Virus record (IMG/VR): IMGVR_UViG_3300048687_000120
Span: 1-37,017 of that record
Length of the DNA: 37,017 bases
Direction: 5' to 3' (one strand)
From: a virus
The notes beneath the pieces were generated by a model. That model saw only the letters and a program-made list of their open reading frames with translations, did no database searches and was not told the DNA's origin. The number at the start of each line of letters is the position of its first letter. Within the stretch, counting starts at the first letter, position 1. The translations under genes were made by a program, and so were the position numbers. This document shows positions 22,380-32,047 of the stretch, one piece after another.

Positions 22380-22433
22380 GGGGATCCTCACTTCTTGGGG
22401 GGACTTGAACGGGTCGGGCGGGAGGCGAGCCGC

Positions 22434-22949
22434 TCAGGATGCGGTCTGGTAGGTGCCGTAGCCGCGGAGGATGTAGGTGGCGGCGGGCGCCATCGGGGAC
22501 GACTCGGTCATGACGTTCCAGTCGCCGGCGGTGGTCTGGTTCGGCATCCAGATGTTGTCGCTGGTCGTCGCCCCGTTCGGGAGCGGGCCCGCACCGGTCA
22601 TGAAGTTGTTGGATGCGCTCGTGCTGTAGGTCCAGCTGAGAACGCCGGGGTTACCGCCCGCGACCGTGGCGGCGGTGAAGGGGAGGCTGATGCGCCAGTT
22701 GCCCGTGCCGAAAGTGCTGGTCGAGCCGATCGTGAGGACGATCTGCACGATGCAGGTGCGGCCGATCTTCATGTACTGGCCGGTCAGCGTGCCGTTGCCG
22801 AGGGCCGGGTTCGTGGTGGTCGCCGTCCACACCGGGGTGTACGGGGTCCACGCCCCGAACATGGTGTTGAACTGGTCGCGGATCTCCGTGTTCAGGGTGG
22901 CCGCGGAGACGACCTCCCCGACCAGCCAGGTCCGGGGCGAGAACGTCAC
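22434..22949 (-). CDS. Minor tail / tail-fibre-like protein
   Basis: 171 aa from GTG 22949: VTFSPRTWLVGEVVSAATLNTEIRDQFN…. This N-terminal signature is common in actinophage minor tail proteins, and the C-domain is beta-rich. Confidence 0.6.
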   Translation of the reverse strand: MTFSPRTWLVGEVVSAATLNTEIRDQFNTMFGAWTPYTPVWTATTTNPALGNGTLTGQYMKIGRTCIVQIVLTIGSTSTFGTGNWRISLPFTAATVAGGNPGVLSWTYSTSASNNFMTGAGPLPNGATTSDNIWMPNQTTAGDWNVMTESSPMAPAATYILRGYGTYQTAS

Positions 22950-23443
22950 GGCGTCGCCGCCTTCGGACTGGCGGGAGCCGGCTCGCCCTGCGGCTGCTCC
23001 GGCTCCGGGTCCTCGACGGGGGGCTCCGGCTCCTCGACGGGCGGGTTGGGGTTGCTCGGATCGGCGGGGTTCCACCAGGAACGCAGGTGCGGGCGGGGCT
23101 GCTTCATCAGCTCGGCCTCGATCGCGGCGACCTCGTCCGGGGTGGGCACGACCATGCGGACCCAGCCGTAGTCGCACTCGGTGCAGCCCCACCGCGGATC
23201 GGCCGGCGAGACGCAGGCCGCGGACCCGCAGACACAGTCGGCGATCCACCGGTTCTGATCGACGCGCGCGTACACCGGCGGTACGTCGTCGAGGTAGCCG
23301 GCGGGCAGCTGCACGCGCCGTCCCATGCGGGACTCGACGTAGGCGTACACCAGCTCGGCGGGCGGGATGCCGACCCAGGCGTCGGCGGGCAGGGGCCGGG
23401 CCGGAAGGTAGTACGTCTCGGCGCGGACGACGGCGATGGGCAT
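22946..23443 (-). CDS. Hypothetical tail-module protein with a Cys cluster and a Pro/Glu-rich tail
   Basis: 165 aa from ATG 23443: …WIADCVCGSAACVSPADPRWGCTECDYGW…PPVEEPEPPVEDPEPEQP…. Confidence 0.55.
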   Translation of the reverse strand: MPIAVVRAETYYLPARPLPADAWVGIPPAELVYAYVESRMGRRVQLPAGYLDDVPPVYARVDQNRWIADCVCGSAACVSPADPRWGCTECDYGWVRMVVPTPDEVAAIEAELMKQPRPHLRSWWNPADPSNPNPPVEEPEPPVEDPEPEQPQGEPAPASPKAATP

Positions 23444-23453
23444 GAGGCTCCGA

Positions 23454-25895
23454 TCAGTAGGCGAGGCGTGTGGTGGTGCCGAGCACGCCGTAGACGGCAT
23501 CGCCCAGGACCCAGACGGAGTCGGTCGAGGACGCCGACGTGTGGAACGTGACCGTGTGCGAGTTGTGTTTGATCGTCTCGGTGTAGCCCTCGACGGTGAC
23601 GCGCATCGTCGGGGCGGTGGCCTGCGCGGGCAGGCTGGTGACCGAGAAGTAGGAGCCGATCTCCGCGTCGAGGATGTCGAGGTAGCCGTCCAGCGTGTAC
23701 GCCTCGATGGGCACCTCGCGCAGTTCCGGCTGCGGATCGGCGTAGCGGGAGACCGTCCACGACGCCGCGTCGAGGACCGCGTTGTCGGTCGTCTTCAGGA
23801 CGGTCAGGTCCTGCGGGTACTCGCCGAACGTGTCGATGGAGGAGGCCGCGGTCACTCGCTGGGTGGCGCCGCCCGGCCTGCTGGCCTCGACAAGGTTGAC
23901 CATCTTCTGGTCGTCGTCGGCCAGGACGATGCCCGGCTCGAGGTCGGCGTAGGAGATGGTGAACGTCTCGGCCCCGGGGGAGGGGTTGTAGCGGACATCG
24001 CGGGACTGGTAGGCCAGCCCGTAGTAGTCGCGCTCGGCCCACAGGCGGGCCGACTCGGTGGCTTCGATCTCCCGCATCCGGGTCACCACCGAGGAGCCGC
24101 CCGGCCCCTGGCTGGCCACCGGGTCGTGCGTGACGCCGAAGACGGTGACCGAGTTCAGCCCGGCGTAGCGGGCCAGCCGCTGGATCCGCTCGTCTGCCGC
24201 CTCGCCCGCGAAGCCGGTGGCGCCGGCCGCGTAGTGCTGGGCGAGGGCGGCGCCGGTCCCGCCGGTGGCCGCGTACAGGACGATGTGGCCCACGCTGCCG
24301 TTCCACATCCGGCTGCCGCGGTAGCCGCCCACGTGCAGCTGCTGCAGGGTGGTGCCCGGGTAGACGAACACGCTGCTGTCGCGCAGGGTGCCGTCGACCC
24401 ACACGCTTTCGGCGAGCTCGTCGAAGACGACGTGGTGCCAGTTCCCGTCGGTCATCGCCGAGGTGCCGGAGACCGTCTCGACGGTCAGGGATCCGCCGAC
24501 GTCGGTCCATTCCAGTTGCAGGCTGCCGAGCGACGACACGCTCAGCACGATCTGCTTTTGCAGGTCGGTCGAGTACAGGCCCATCGCGGCGCGGGTCGTG
24601 GTGGTGCCCTGGAACCAGCACTCGAAGGCCAGGTAGCCGCTGGTCTGCGACAGCGTGGTGCCCAGGTTGGTGGTCAGGTACTTGCCCGCGGTGGCCGAGG
24701 ACGAGGTGAACAGGGGGTGCTGGTCGCCGGTCTCGGCCGGGCCGGTGGCGCCGCCCATTTCGAGCGTGCCGCCGCTGCTGACCTGGGTGATGGCCAGGGA
24801 GGAGGCGGCGTTGCCGGAGATGTCGCCGGCGCTGGCGGCCGCGGAGTCCTCGGTGAGCGGGTAGTAGGCGAGCGGCCGGCTGGGGATGCCCTCGAGGATC
24901 TCCTGCGCCAGCATCGACTTCAGCGGCGTCTGCCTGTTGAGCCGCTTGAACAGGTCGGTGCAGGAGATCTGCACGGTGGAGTACAGGCCCGCCCAGGAGA
25001 CCGGGAACTCGTTGACCATGCCGTAGAACCGCGGGCGCACGTCGGCGCCGAGCAGGTCCCACTCGATGTAGTCGGCGCTGCCCCCGGTGCGGACCCCGGT
25101 GAACTCGAAGGCGTGGCTCTGCGAGGTGACCCAGGATGGGGTGGCCACGCTGCGGCGCACGGTCCATTCGCGGCCGTCGCCGCTGGTCTCCCAGTAGACG
25201 GTGCCGCCCGTCTCCCGCACCCGCAGCCACGCGTGCTCGATCGGCGAGTACGGGAACGACGGGTGCCCGGCGTCCCCGAAGCCGACCTGGTTATCGGCGA
25301 ACAGCATCTGGGTGGCCGGGTTGAACAGCCAGCCGACGCGGGTCCCGGCCGTGGTGGAGTGCACCCACATCGACGCCGCCCCCGATGACGAGCCGTTCGC
25401 CGCGGGCGCCGTCGCCAGCTTCGCGGCAACCTGGGATCCGGCCAGGCTGTACGACTGGGCGGATCTCAGGCCGGCGTTGACGCCCGGGGCGACCGGGATG
25501 CGGGCGCGGCCGCCCACCTCGACGGTGCCGCCGTACACGGTCGCCCACTTCGAGGTGTCGATCTGCCCGTCGTCGAAGTCGTCGCCGAGCTGGGCGAGTG
25601 GCCAGGGCGCCGAACCGGTGCGCTGCGGGATGACCGCGACCGCCACCCGGATCGGGGCGTTGCGGCGCACGTAGGGGTAGTAGGGCGAGCTGCTGTTGCC
25701 GGGCGTGAACCGGCCGTCGCTGTTGTCGAGGGTGAGCGTGCACGTGCCCGGCTGGGTTTCGGCCAGTTCGTCCGAGGCGCCCCGGGTGATGTTCACCCCC
25801 TGCACCGTGTCGACGTGCTGCGTGATGTCCGTCCACTGGATGTAGTCCGGCACCTGCACCAGGCCGTCCCAGCCCATTTCGACGAGCAGCGGCAT
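23454..25895 (-). CDS. Minor tail protein (Dit-like N-terminus, large central insertion)
   Basis: 813 aa immediately after the tape measure. MPLLVEMGWDG…TDITQHVDTVQGVNITRGASDELAETQPGTCTLTLDNSDGRFTP… is typical of siphovirus distal-tail proteins. Confidence 0.75.
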   Translation of the reverse strand: MPLLVEMGWDGLVQVPDYIQWTDITQHVDTVQGVNITRGASDELAETQPGTCTLTLDNSDGRFTPGNSSSPYYPYVRRNAPIRVAVAVIPQRTGSAPWPLAQLGDDFDDGQIDTSKWATVYGGTVEVGGRARIPVAPGVNAGLRSAQSYSLAGSQVAAKLATAPAANGSSSGAASMWVHSTTAGTRVGWLFNPATQMLFADNQVGFGDAGHPSFPYSPIEHAWLRVRETGGTVYWETSGDGREWTVRRSVATPSWVTSQSHAFEFTGVRTGGSADYIEWDLLGADVRPRFYGMVNEFPVSWAGLYSTVQISCTDLFKRLNRQTPLKSMLAQEILEGIPSRPLAYYPLTEDSAAASAGDISGNAASSLAITQVSSGGTLEMGGATGPAETGDQHPLFTSSSATAGKYLTTNLGTTLSQTSGYLAFECWFQGTTTTRAAMGLYSTDLQKQIVLSVSSLGSLQLEWTDVGGSLTVETVSGTSAMTDGNWHHVVFDELAESVWVDGTLRDSSVFVYPGTTLQQLHVGGYRGSRMWNGSVGHIVLYAATGGTGAALAQHYAAGATGFAGEAADERIQRLARYAGLNSVTVFGVTHDPVASQGPGGSSVVTRMREIEATESARLWAERDYYGLAYQSRDVRYNPSPGAETFTISYADLEPGIVLADDDQKMVNLVEASRPGGATQRVTAASSIDTFGEYPQDLTVLKTTDNAVLDAASWTVSRYADPQPELREVPIEAYTLDGYLDILDAEIGSYFSVTSLPAQATAPTMRVTVEGYTETIKHNSHTVTFHTSASSTDSVWVLGDAVYGVLGTTTRLAY

Positions 25896-28800
25896 CAGGG
25901 ACCCACCTTCAGGCTCACGGTCGCGCCCTGCGCACGCCCGTACTTGACCAGCACCTTCTGCAGTTCCCGGCCCACGGCCACCGGGTCCATCGCGTTGCCG
26001 ATGTTCACGGTGATTGACGTGCCGCCGCCCGCCCCGACACCGACGGCGGGCCGGCCGAGGACCGGGCGGGTCGCCGCGACCCGGGCCGAGATGTCGCTCA
26101 GCGCCCGGTCCAGCACGGGGGTGCGCTGGGTGAGCCCGGCGGCCAGGCCCTCCGTGCTGTAGCGGCCGACCTCGGCCATCACGGTCGACGGCGACTTGAT
26201 GCCGAGGGCCTTGCGGATGGCCTTGTCCATCCCCTTGGCGATCTTCAGCATCTGCTTTTCGATCGCGGCCTGCTGTGAGGTCAGGCCCTTCAGGAACCCC
26301 TTGCCCGCGTTCTTGCCGCTGTCGTACAGGGCGTCGGCGCCCGCATTGCCCAGCTTGCTGGCCTGCGAGTTGATGCCCGCCTGCGCGGAGTTGATCTGCT
26401 TGAGGAGGGTGGAGTTCGACCCGGCCAGCGCGGACGCGTAGGCGTAGCCCTCCTCCGGGCCCATGTTGAGGATCTCCCTCAACATGGTTTTGTTGAGGCC
26501 CTTCTTGGCGAGCGTGTTGATGTACGACGTGAACGTCTTCATCTTGGCCAGCCGCGCCTGGATCTTCGCGCTGATCCCGGTGGCGGTGACCGTCTCCTCG
26601 CCCTCGAACAGGGTGCCCAGACCGGCCGACTGGATGGCGCCGGTCTTGGTCGTCGACGCGAACGCCTTGGCGTTCTTGATCGTGGCGATCAGGGTGTCCC
26701 GCTTGCCGGCCAGACCGGTCAGGGTCTTGGTCTGCTTGTTGACCCAGGCGACCAGCTTGTTGTCCTTGCTGCCCGTGAAGGCGGCCCAGATGTCCTTGGC
26801 CAGATCCTTGGACGTGGCCGCAATCTTGGCCTTCGACCCCGTCAGCCCCTTGATCAGACCGGCGCCGACGTCCTTGGCCAGAGCCGTCGTCTTCTTGGAC
26901 GGCGATGCGATCTCCAACTCGGCCTTCATCGCCGCGATGATCGCGGCCGCCGTCGACCGGGCGCCCGCCGTGACCGTGCTGTGCGAGCCGGACATGCCCG
27001 CGGCCAGGCCGCGGCCCACGTCCATGCCCACACCGGCGGTCAGGCTGTGCGGCACCCGGTCGTCGTTGATGGCCTCGATCAGACCGCGGTGCTTGCGGGT
27101 CGAGAGCGCGTTGACTACGAACTCGCCAGCAGACCCGTACAGCGGGATGGAGTCCGAGACGCCCGTGCCGGAGCCGGTGATGGGGCCGCCGCCCGCCCGG
27201 GTCAGGATGCCGCCGCGCCAGCGTGAGGTCTCGGCGAAGTTTTTCGCGCCCTGGTTGTTGGCGCCCCCCGCCTGCGCCGTCTTGAAGATCGTGAGCTTGG
27301 TCGTCGTGAACGTGATGCTCTTGCTCTGGAGCCGGTCACGGGCGCGTTGGAGAGCGCCGATCCCCGACAGTGCCGAGCCGGTTTTGGCCGTGACCTTGAA
27401 CTGCCCGTTCTCCAGATGGGTGACTTTGTAGCCGAGGCTTTCCAGCAGCCTGACGGCATCCTTGGTCAACGCCTTCACCGTGACGCTCTTGGCGTTCGGC
27501 GCCGACCGGATCTTTCTGATCACCGAGTCCAGGTTGGCGACCGCGTCCTCGGTCCTCAGGTTGACCCGGGCCGTCTTGTCCGGAACGCGCATGATCTGGC
27601 TGGCCAGCTGCGCAGCCTCGCTGCGGGTGAGGCCCATCGCCTGAGCCGACCGCATGAACGTGGCGCGGCCCTTGTCGTAGATGCCCTGGACGGTTTCCCA
27701 CGACGACCCGGACTCGCGCGCCGCACTGGTCGCCTCGTCCGTCTTGGTCGCCAGATCCTGCAGCGAGGTGGCCGCGTTGCGGGCCTTCTCGCTGCCGAGG
27801 TTCAGCTCCCCGTTCGACATCGACAGCGCACCGGCGTTCTCGCGCGCCGACTTGGCCGCGGCGTCGACGCTCGACTCGAACGCAATCATGCTGCCGAGGC
27901 CCGCACGCTGCGTGTCGTTGAGGGCCTGCAGGCTCTGGCGCAGGCCGTCGGCGCTCTGCTTCTGTGCGGCGAGCGCGGCCTGCGTCTTCTGCGCCTGCGC
28001 GCCGAACAGGCCCATCGACTCGGCGGCCAGCTGCGCCTCGAACTTCTGGTCAGCAAGGGCGGACTGGTAGTCGCCCATCTGCGCCTTCAGCTCGGACGCC
28101 GACATGCCCTGCTTGCGCATGGCCGCTTCGACGCGCTGGTACGCGGCCGCCGCCAAGTCCGCCTTGCCACCGGACACGAGGTTGGCCAGCGACTTGTCGA
28201 CGGCGTCGAGGTTCTCCTTGGCCTTCTTCGTCTCGGTGGAGTCCATGCCGAGGATCGAGGTGAGGCCCTGGATGACGCTCTGCGTGGTCGACGGGCGGGC
28301 CAGGGTCCGCAGGGACTCGGCGAGCCCTCCCAGGTCCTCACCGAAGGCCTTGGCCGCCTCCCCGGTCACCTTGCCCGTGCGGCCGAGCGTGCCCAGCGAC
28401 GTCGTCAGCCGGTCGACGTCCGGTGCCTTGTCTCCGGCACTGTCCAGGGCGCTGATCGCGACGAGCAGCAGGCCGATCCCGGTACCGGCGGCCGCGACCT
28501 TAGCGGTCTTGGACAGCGCGCCGATGCCCGCGCGCACCGCGGCGAGACGGCCGGGTGCGGCGGCGGACGCGGTGTTCATGGCGATGATCTGCGCGGCGAA
28601 ACCCACCATCGCGGCACGGCCGGCCGCCATGCCGGCGGCCGCCAGCTTGACGAGCTTCAGCGCAATGGCCAGCTGCAGCAGCGCACTGAGAGCGGAGGCG
28701 GGCACCGCGGCCACGATGCTGGCCAGGACACCGACGACCTGCAGCATGCTGACGCCCATGTCGGCGCCCGCGTCGAGGACGTGGATGAGCGCCTGGGCGA

Positions 28801-29662
28801 CGTCGCGCAGCACGGCTCCCACGGCCGGGCCCTGCGCCCGTGCCCAGTCCATGAACTCGGCGGCACCCGCGCCGATCTGCCCCGAGTCGGAGATGCGGAG
28901 CAGGTGCACGAACTCGTCATTGAGCTGGCGCAGCGTGCGCTGCGAGAACGCGGTGAACTTGGTGTTCAGACGGTCCAGGCCCGGCGATGCCATCTCGCCG
29001 CCGACGATCGTCATGAACCGGTCGGCCTCGGCCGCCGTGCCCTTGACCAGGTCCTGCGTCTTGGGCAGCAGGCTGTTGGCGATGGCGACGCCCTTGATGA
29101 AGGGGGCCATCGTGTCGCCGGACAGGCTGTCCGACCAGTCGGCGAAATCGTCCTTCAGGATCCCGACCGCGGCCGCCGCTTCACGGGTCGCGGGCGGCAG
29201 CGCCGACACGGTCCGCAGGTACTCGGCATGCGCCTTGGTGGCTTCCTCGGAGCGCGCGCCGGACTTGGCGACCGCGTCCTCGTACTTCGTCTGCGCCTCG
29301 GACGCCTCGCTCAGTGCGCTGATCTGAGGGATCAGGGCCGCGCCCATGGCGAGCGACGCGATGGCCACCGCTCCCGCACCGGCAGCGATCGGCGCCAGCG
29401 ACGCCGCGGCCGGGATCGCCGCGGGCGCCAGCGAGATGGCGGACTTCTTCAGGGCTTCCAGCGCCTTGGCGCCCGCATCGCTGTCCCGGTCGAGCTCGGA
29501 CAGGTTGCGCGTTGCGTTGTTGGTGAACCGGCGCACCGCGGCGTCGCCGTTGATCGAGGCGACCAGCAGGCGCCGGCCGAGCCGGTCAGCCGAGTCGCCT
29601 GCCCGGTCCAGGACCCGCGAGAGCTGGTCGCGGCCAGTCAGGATGAAGTCGAGGCGGGGCAC
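25895..29662 (-). CDS. Tape measure protein
   Basis: 1255-aa Ala/Gly/Ser-rich helical protein with TM-like segments, directly downstream of the G/G-T chaperones. GTG start 29662. Confidence 0.9.
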   Translation of the reverse strand: MPRLDFILTGRDQLSRVLDRAGDSADRLGRRLLVASINGDAAVRRFTNNATRNLSELDRDSDAGAKALEALKKSAISLAPAAIPAAASLAPIAAGAGAVAIASLAMGAALIPQISALSEASEAQTKYEDAVAKSGARSEEATKAHAEYLRTVSALPPATREAAAAVGILKDDFADWSDSLSGDTMAPFIKGVAIANSLLPKTQDLVKGTAAEADRFMTIVGGEMASPGLDRLNTKFTAFSQRTLRQLNDEFVHLLRISDSGQIGAGAAEFMDWARAQGPAVGAVLRDVAQALIHVLDAGADMGVSMLQVVGVLASIVAAVPASALSALLQLAIALKLVKLAAAGMAAGRAAMVGFAAQIIAMNTASAAAPGRLAAVRAGIGALSKTAKVAAAGTGIGLLLVAISALDSAGDKAPDVDRLTTSLGTLGRTGKVTGEAAKAFGEDLGGLAESLRTLARPSTTQSVIQGLTSILGMDSTETKKAKENLDAVDKSLANLVSGGKADLAAAAYQRVEAAMRKQGMSASELKAQMGDYQSALADQKFEAQLAAESMGLFGAQAQKTQAALAAQKQSADGLRQSLQALNDTQRAGLGSMIAFESSVDAAAKSARENAGALSMSNGELNLGSEKARNAATSLQDLATKTDEATSAARESGSSWETVQGIYDKGRATFMRSAQAMGLTRSEAAQLASQIMRVPDKTARVNLRTEDAVANLDSVIRKIRSAPNAKSVTVKALTKDAVRLLESLGYKVTHLENGQFKVTAKTGSALSGIGALQRARDRLQSKSITFTTTKLTIFKTAQAGGANNQGAKNFAETSRWRGGILTRAGGGPITGSGTGVSDSIPLYGSAGEFVVNALSTRKHRGLIEAINDDRVPHSLTAGVGMDVGRGLAAGMSGSHSTVTAGARSTAAAIIAAMKAELEIASPSKKTTALAKDVGAGLIKGLTGSKAKIAATSKDLAKDIWAAFTGSKDNKLVAWVNKQTKTLTGLAGKRDTLIATIKNAKAFASTTKTGAIQSAGLGTLFEGEETVTATGISAKIQARLAKMKTFTSYINTLAKKGLNKTMLREILNMGPEEGYAYASALAGSNSTLLKQINSAQAGINSQASKLGNAGADALYDSGKNAGKGFLKGLTSQQAAIEKQMLKIAKGMDKAIRKALGIKSPSTVMAEVGRYSTEGLAAGLTQRTPVLDRALSDISARVAATRPVLGRPAVGVGAGGGTSITVNIGNAMDPVAVGRELQKVLVKYGRAQGATVSLKVGP

Positions 29663-29666
29663 GATC

Positions 29667-30301
29667 TCACCCGCCTTCCGTCATCTGCTGTGCCTGGTGG
29701 GCGTCGATCCAGTCGAGGAGCTGTTCGAAGTCGCGGACCTTCAGACCGTCGACATCGCCGGGGGGGATGTGGCAGAGGTGGGCGAGGAGTCCGAGGTACT
29801 GATCTCGGAGGACGCCGATGTCGGGGTCTCGCTCGCGCCGGTCGTCGGCTGCCCGCTCGGCTGCTCGTCCTCGGCCGGCTCTTTTGGGCCCGCCGCCAGC
29901 CGGGCATCGACGAGGGCCTGCGCGTGCTCGGGGTCGGCGCACGCTTCCACGAGCCCGGCCAGGGCCCTGCCCACGACCTCGGGGTCCACGTCGTCGCCCT
30001 GCTCCTCGACCACCGCAAGGCCGTTCTCGATGACGCGTACGGCCTCGTCCTTGTCGAAGCGGGTCGTCATCTCCTCGACGCCGGGGTCGAACTCGCCGAA
30101 CCGCAGCGAGGGCTGGCGGCGCTTCTTGAGCACCCACACGATGCCGCGCATCGCGTCGACATCGTCCGCTTGCAGAGATTCCTTGATCTCCGCCCACTTC
30201 ATATCGATCGTGCGCGAGACGATCGAGGCTTCGGACACCTTCAGGGAGCTGGCGTCGTAGTGCTCGGGCTCGCCGCCGGCGGGGGTGTAGACGATGATCA
30301 C
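29667..30301 (-). CDS. Tail assembly chaperone G-T fusion via programmed -1 frameshift
   Basis: Zero-frame GGC CCA AAA gives the slippery heptamer C_CCA_AAA (complement of 29882-29888). The -1 frame then reads …PKRAGRG…DPDIGVLRDQYLGLLAHLCHIPPGDVDGLKVRDFEQLLDWIDAHQAQQMTEGG, stopping at 29667. The alternative site is C_CCC_CCG (29759-29765). Confidence 0.6.
29741..30301 (-). CDS. Tail assembly chaperone (gpG-like)
   Basis: 186 aa from GTG 30301 (SD GGAG). Acidic (…VEEQGDDVDPEVVGRALAGLVEACADPEHAQAL…). Position is between the major tail region and the tape measure. Confidence 0.7.
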   Translation of the reverse strand: MIIVYTPAGGEPEHYDASSLKVSEASIVSRTIDMKWAEIKESLQADDVDAMRGIVWVLKKRRQPSLRFGEFDPGVEEMTTRFDKDEAVRVIENGLAVVEEQGDDVDPEVVGRALAGLVEACADPEHAQALVDARLAAGPKEPAEDEQPSGQPTTGASETPTSASSEISTSDSSPTSATSPPAMSTV

Positions 30302-30309
30302 GGGGGCTC

Positions 30310-30822
30310 CTACTCGATGCGGCGGCGCACGTCGTCCAGGACGCGGGCGACCTCGCGTTCGATACGGGGGGTGTGCTGGCGAACCGTCTTGGTCCACCAG
30401 CCGGCCGGGGCGTTCTGCTGCACCCAGCGGCTGCGGTTGTTGAAGACCGGGTGGCGTACCCGGCCGTCGTCGAGCTGCTTGATCAGCCCGTTGGTGATGT
30501 CCTGCGGCAGGCGGCTGCGGTCGATCCACAGCCGGGCCCCGGCGGTGGCGCCCTGGGTGTGGACGCTGATGCGGATGGCCTCGGCGATCGTGGCCCGTAG
30601 CGGGCGGCTGGTCGGCGAGTGTCCGCCGCCGCGGGTACGCCCGGGCTGCGCGACGAGCGGCAGGGAGCGGATGCCGTCCTGGAGGTCGTCGCGCAGCGGC
30701 TCGGCGGCCCGCCGGATGCGGCGCTGCATGCTGCTGCGGATGTTCTCGTGACCGGCCGACCGCAGGCGCCGCTGCAGGTCGAGCAGTTGGCCGGTGCCGA
30801 GGATCCGTACGTCGCCGGGCAC
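30310..30822 (-). CDS. Hypothetical structural protein (possibly HK97 gp10-like)
   Basis: 170 aa, GTG 30822, basic. The call is by position only, between the major tail protein and the chaperones. Confidence 0.4.
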   Translation of the reverse strand: MPGDVRILGTGQLLDLQRRLRSAGHENIRSSMQRRIRRAAEPLRDDLQDGIRSLPLVAQPGRTRGGGHSPTSRPLRATIAEAIRISVHTQGATAGARLWIDRSRLPQDITNGLIKQLDDGRVRHPVFNNRSRWVQQNAPAGWWTKTVRQHTPRIEREVARVLDDVRRRIE

Positions 30823-30828
30823 GGCCGG

Positions 30829-31815
30829 CTACAGCGTCGCGTCGGTCGAGATGTACTCGATCTTCGGCTGGTTGGTGCCGTCGTACAGGGCCGTGAAGTT
30901 GAACGTCGGCTTCACGACGCCGAAGCCGTCGACGACCGGCGGCCCTTCGTCGAGCTTGACCACCGGCAGTGTGATCCGGAACGTCTCGAAGAACGTGGTG
31001 GCGATGTTCGGGCCGACGAACTCCCACACCAGCGACGTGCCGCCGTCGGTCGTGTGCAGGTCGTCCAGGGTCGTGGCGACGTAGTCCGTCTCCAGGCTGC
31101 CGCTGATCTTGACCTGATCATTGCTGATCGGTTCCTTCTTCAGCCCGGACTGCCCGGCGTAGAACCGCTCGACCTCCTGCGGCCGCTCGATCTTGCAGCT
31201 GACCTTGCGGATCCCGTCCAGCGCGGTCTCGGTGCCGAACGTGCCGGTCTTGACCGCCATCTGCCCGAAGTGGAACGGCGACATCGCCGCATACGAGGCG
31301 GCCGCCAGTGTCTGGCCCTCGTCGACGTCCTTGCCGTCGAACTCGAAGCTGCCGGTCAGCATGCCGCCGGTCTCGCACGCGAACTCGCCAGACGTGATCT
31401 TGCAGCCGAGGAACGTCTTGTCGGTGACGGTGCCCGTGGTCAGCGGGACGCCCTTCTGGATCGTGAGGCTCTTGCCCGCGGTGTCCGCCAGGGTGTGCGT
31501 CTGCAGGTACGCCGGCCCGGCGCCCTGCTGCACCGGCGTCACGGTCGTGCCCATGAGGGACTGCAGCAGCAGCCCCATGTTCTTGTTGGTCACCTCGATA
31601 TCGACGGACCCCGCCACCTCGCGACGGGTCACCACCCGCCGGGAGGACAGCGCCAGCAGACGGCCGGCCGCGATGCCCGAGGACTGCGCCGTCGTCTTCT
31701 TCAGCTGCAGTCCTTCCTTGGTGAACTCGATGAACTTCGTCGGCGCCACGAACGTGCCGTACGTCGTCTCTGCGCTGATACCGATTTGGGCACCCAGCCC
31801 GGATCCGATCGCCAT
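30829..31815 (-). CDS. Major tail protein
   Basis: 328 aa, beta-rich, Gly/Thr-rich (MAIGSGLGAQIGISAETTYGTFVAPTKFIEFTKEGLQLKK…). Position is upstream of the chaperone/tape-measure genes. Confidence 0.7.
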   Translation of the reverse strand: MAIGSGLGAQIGISAETTYGTFVAPTKFIEFTKEGLQLKKTTAQSSGIAAGRLLALSSRRVVTRREVAGSVDIEVTNKNMGLLLQSLMGTTVTPVQQGAGPAYLQTHTLADTAGKSLTIQKGVPLTTGTVTDKTFLGCKITSGEFACETGGMLTGSFEFDGKDVDEGQTLAAASYAAMSPFHFGQMAVKTGTFGTETALDGIRKVSCKIERPQEVERFYAGQSGLKKEPISNDQVKISGSLETDYVATTLDDLHTTDGGTSLVWEFVGPNIATTFFETFRITLPVVKLDEGPPVVDGFGVVKPTFNFTALYDGTNQPKIEYISTDATL

Positions 31816-31818
31816 GGA

Positions 31819-32022
31819 TCAGTCCTCCTTCTGCAGCGACTTCGCCGCCGCCTTCTTGGGCTTGGCGCCCGGCTCCTCGACGGACTCCCACGTGAACGGC
31901 TGGCACACATAGGCGTCGTGCCGCTCGTCGGGAACCTCGACAACTTCGTCGGGCTGTACGGTGCGGTCGCCCAGTTCAGGGACGGACACCGGCTCGGGCC
32001 CGATCAGACGCACACGCGCCAT
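31819..32022 (-). CDS. Hypothetical small protein
   Basis: 67 aa: MARVRLIGPEPVSVPELGDRTVQPDEVVEVPDERHDAYVC…. Confidence 0.5.
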   Translation of the reverse strand: MARVRLIGPEPVSVPELGDRTVQPDEVVEVPDERHDAYVCQPFTWESVEEPGAKPKKAAAKSLQKED

Positions 32023-32047
32023 GGGGTACTCCTCGGGTGGTGGGTGA

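Noticed and set aside
23107-25388. 707-aa (-) and 650-aa (+) ORFs overlapping the 813-aa minor tail gene
   Set aside because: They are alternative-frame and antisense shadow ORFs with Arg/Pro/Gly bias. The 23454..25895 frame has the Dit-like N-terminus and normal composition.
27347-30751. 1134-aa plus-strand ORF (the largest plus ORF in the track)
   Set aside because: It is antisense to the tape measure and chaperone genes, has a Gly/Arg/Asp/Leu-biased composition, and has no start context. The minus-strand genes fit the canonical tail-module order.
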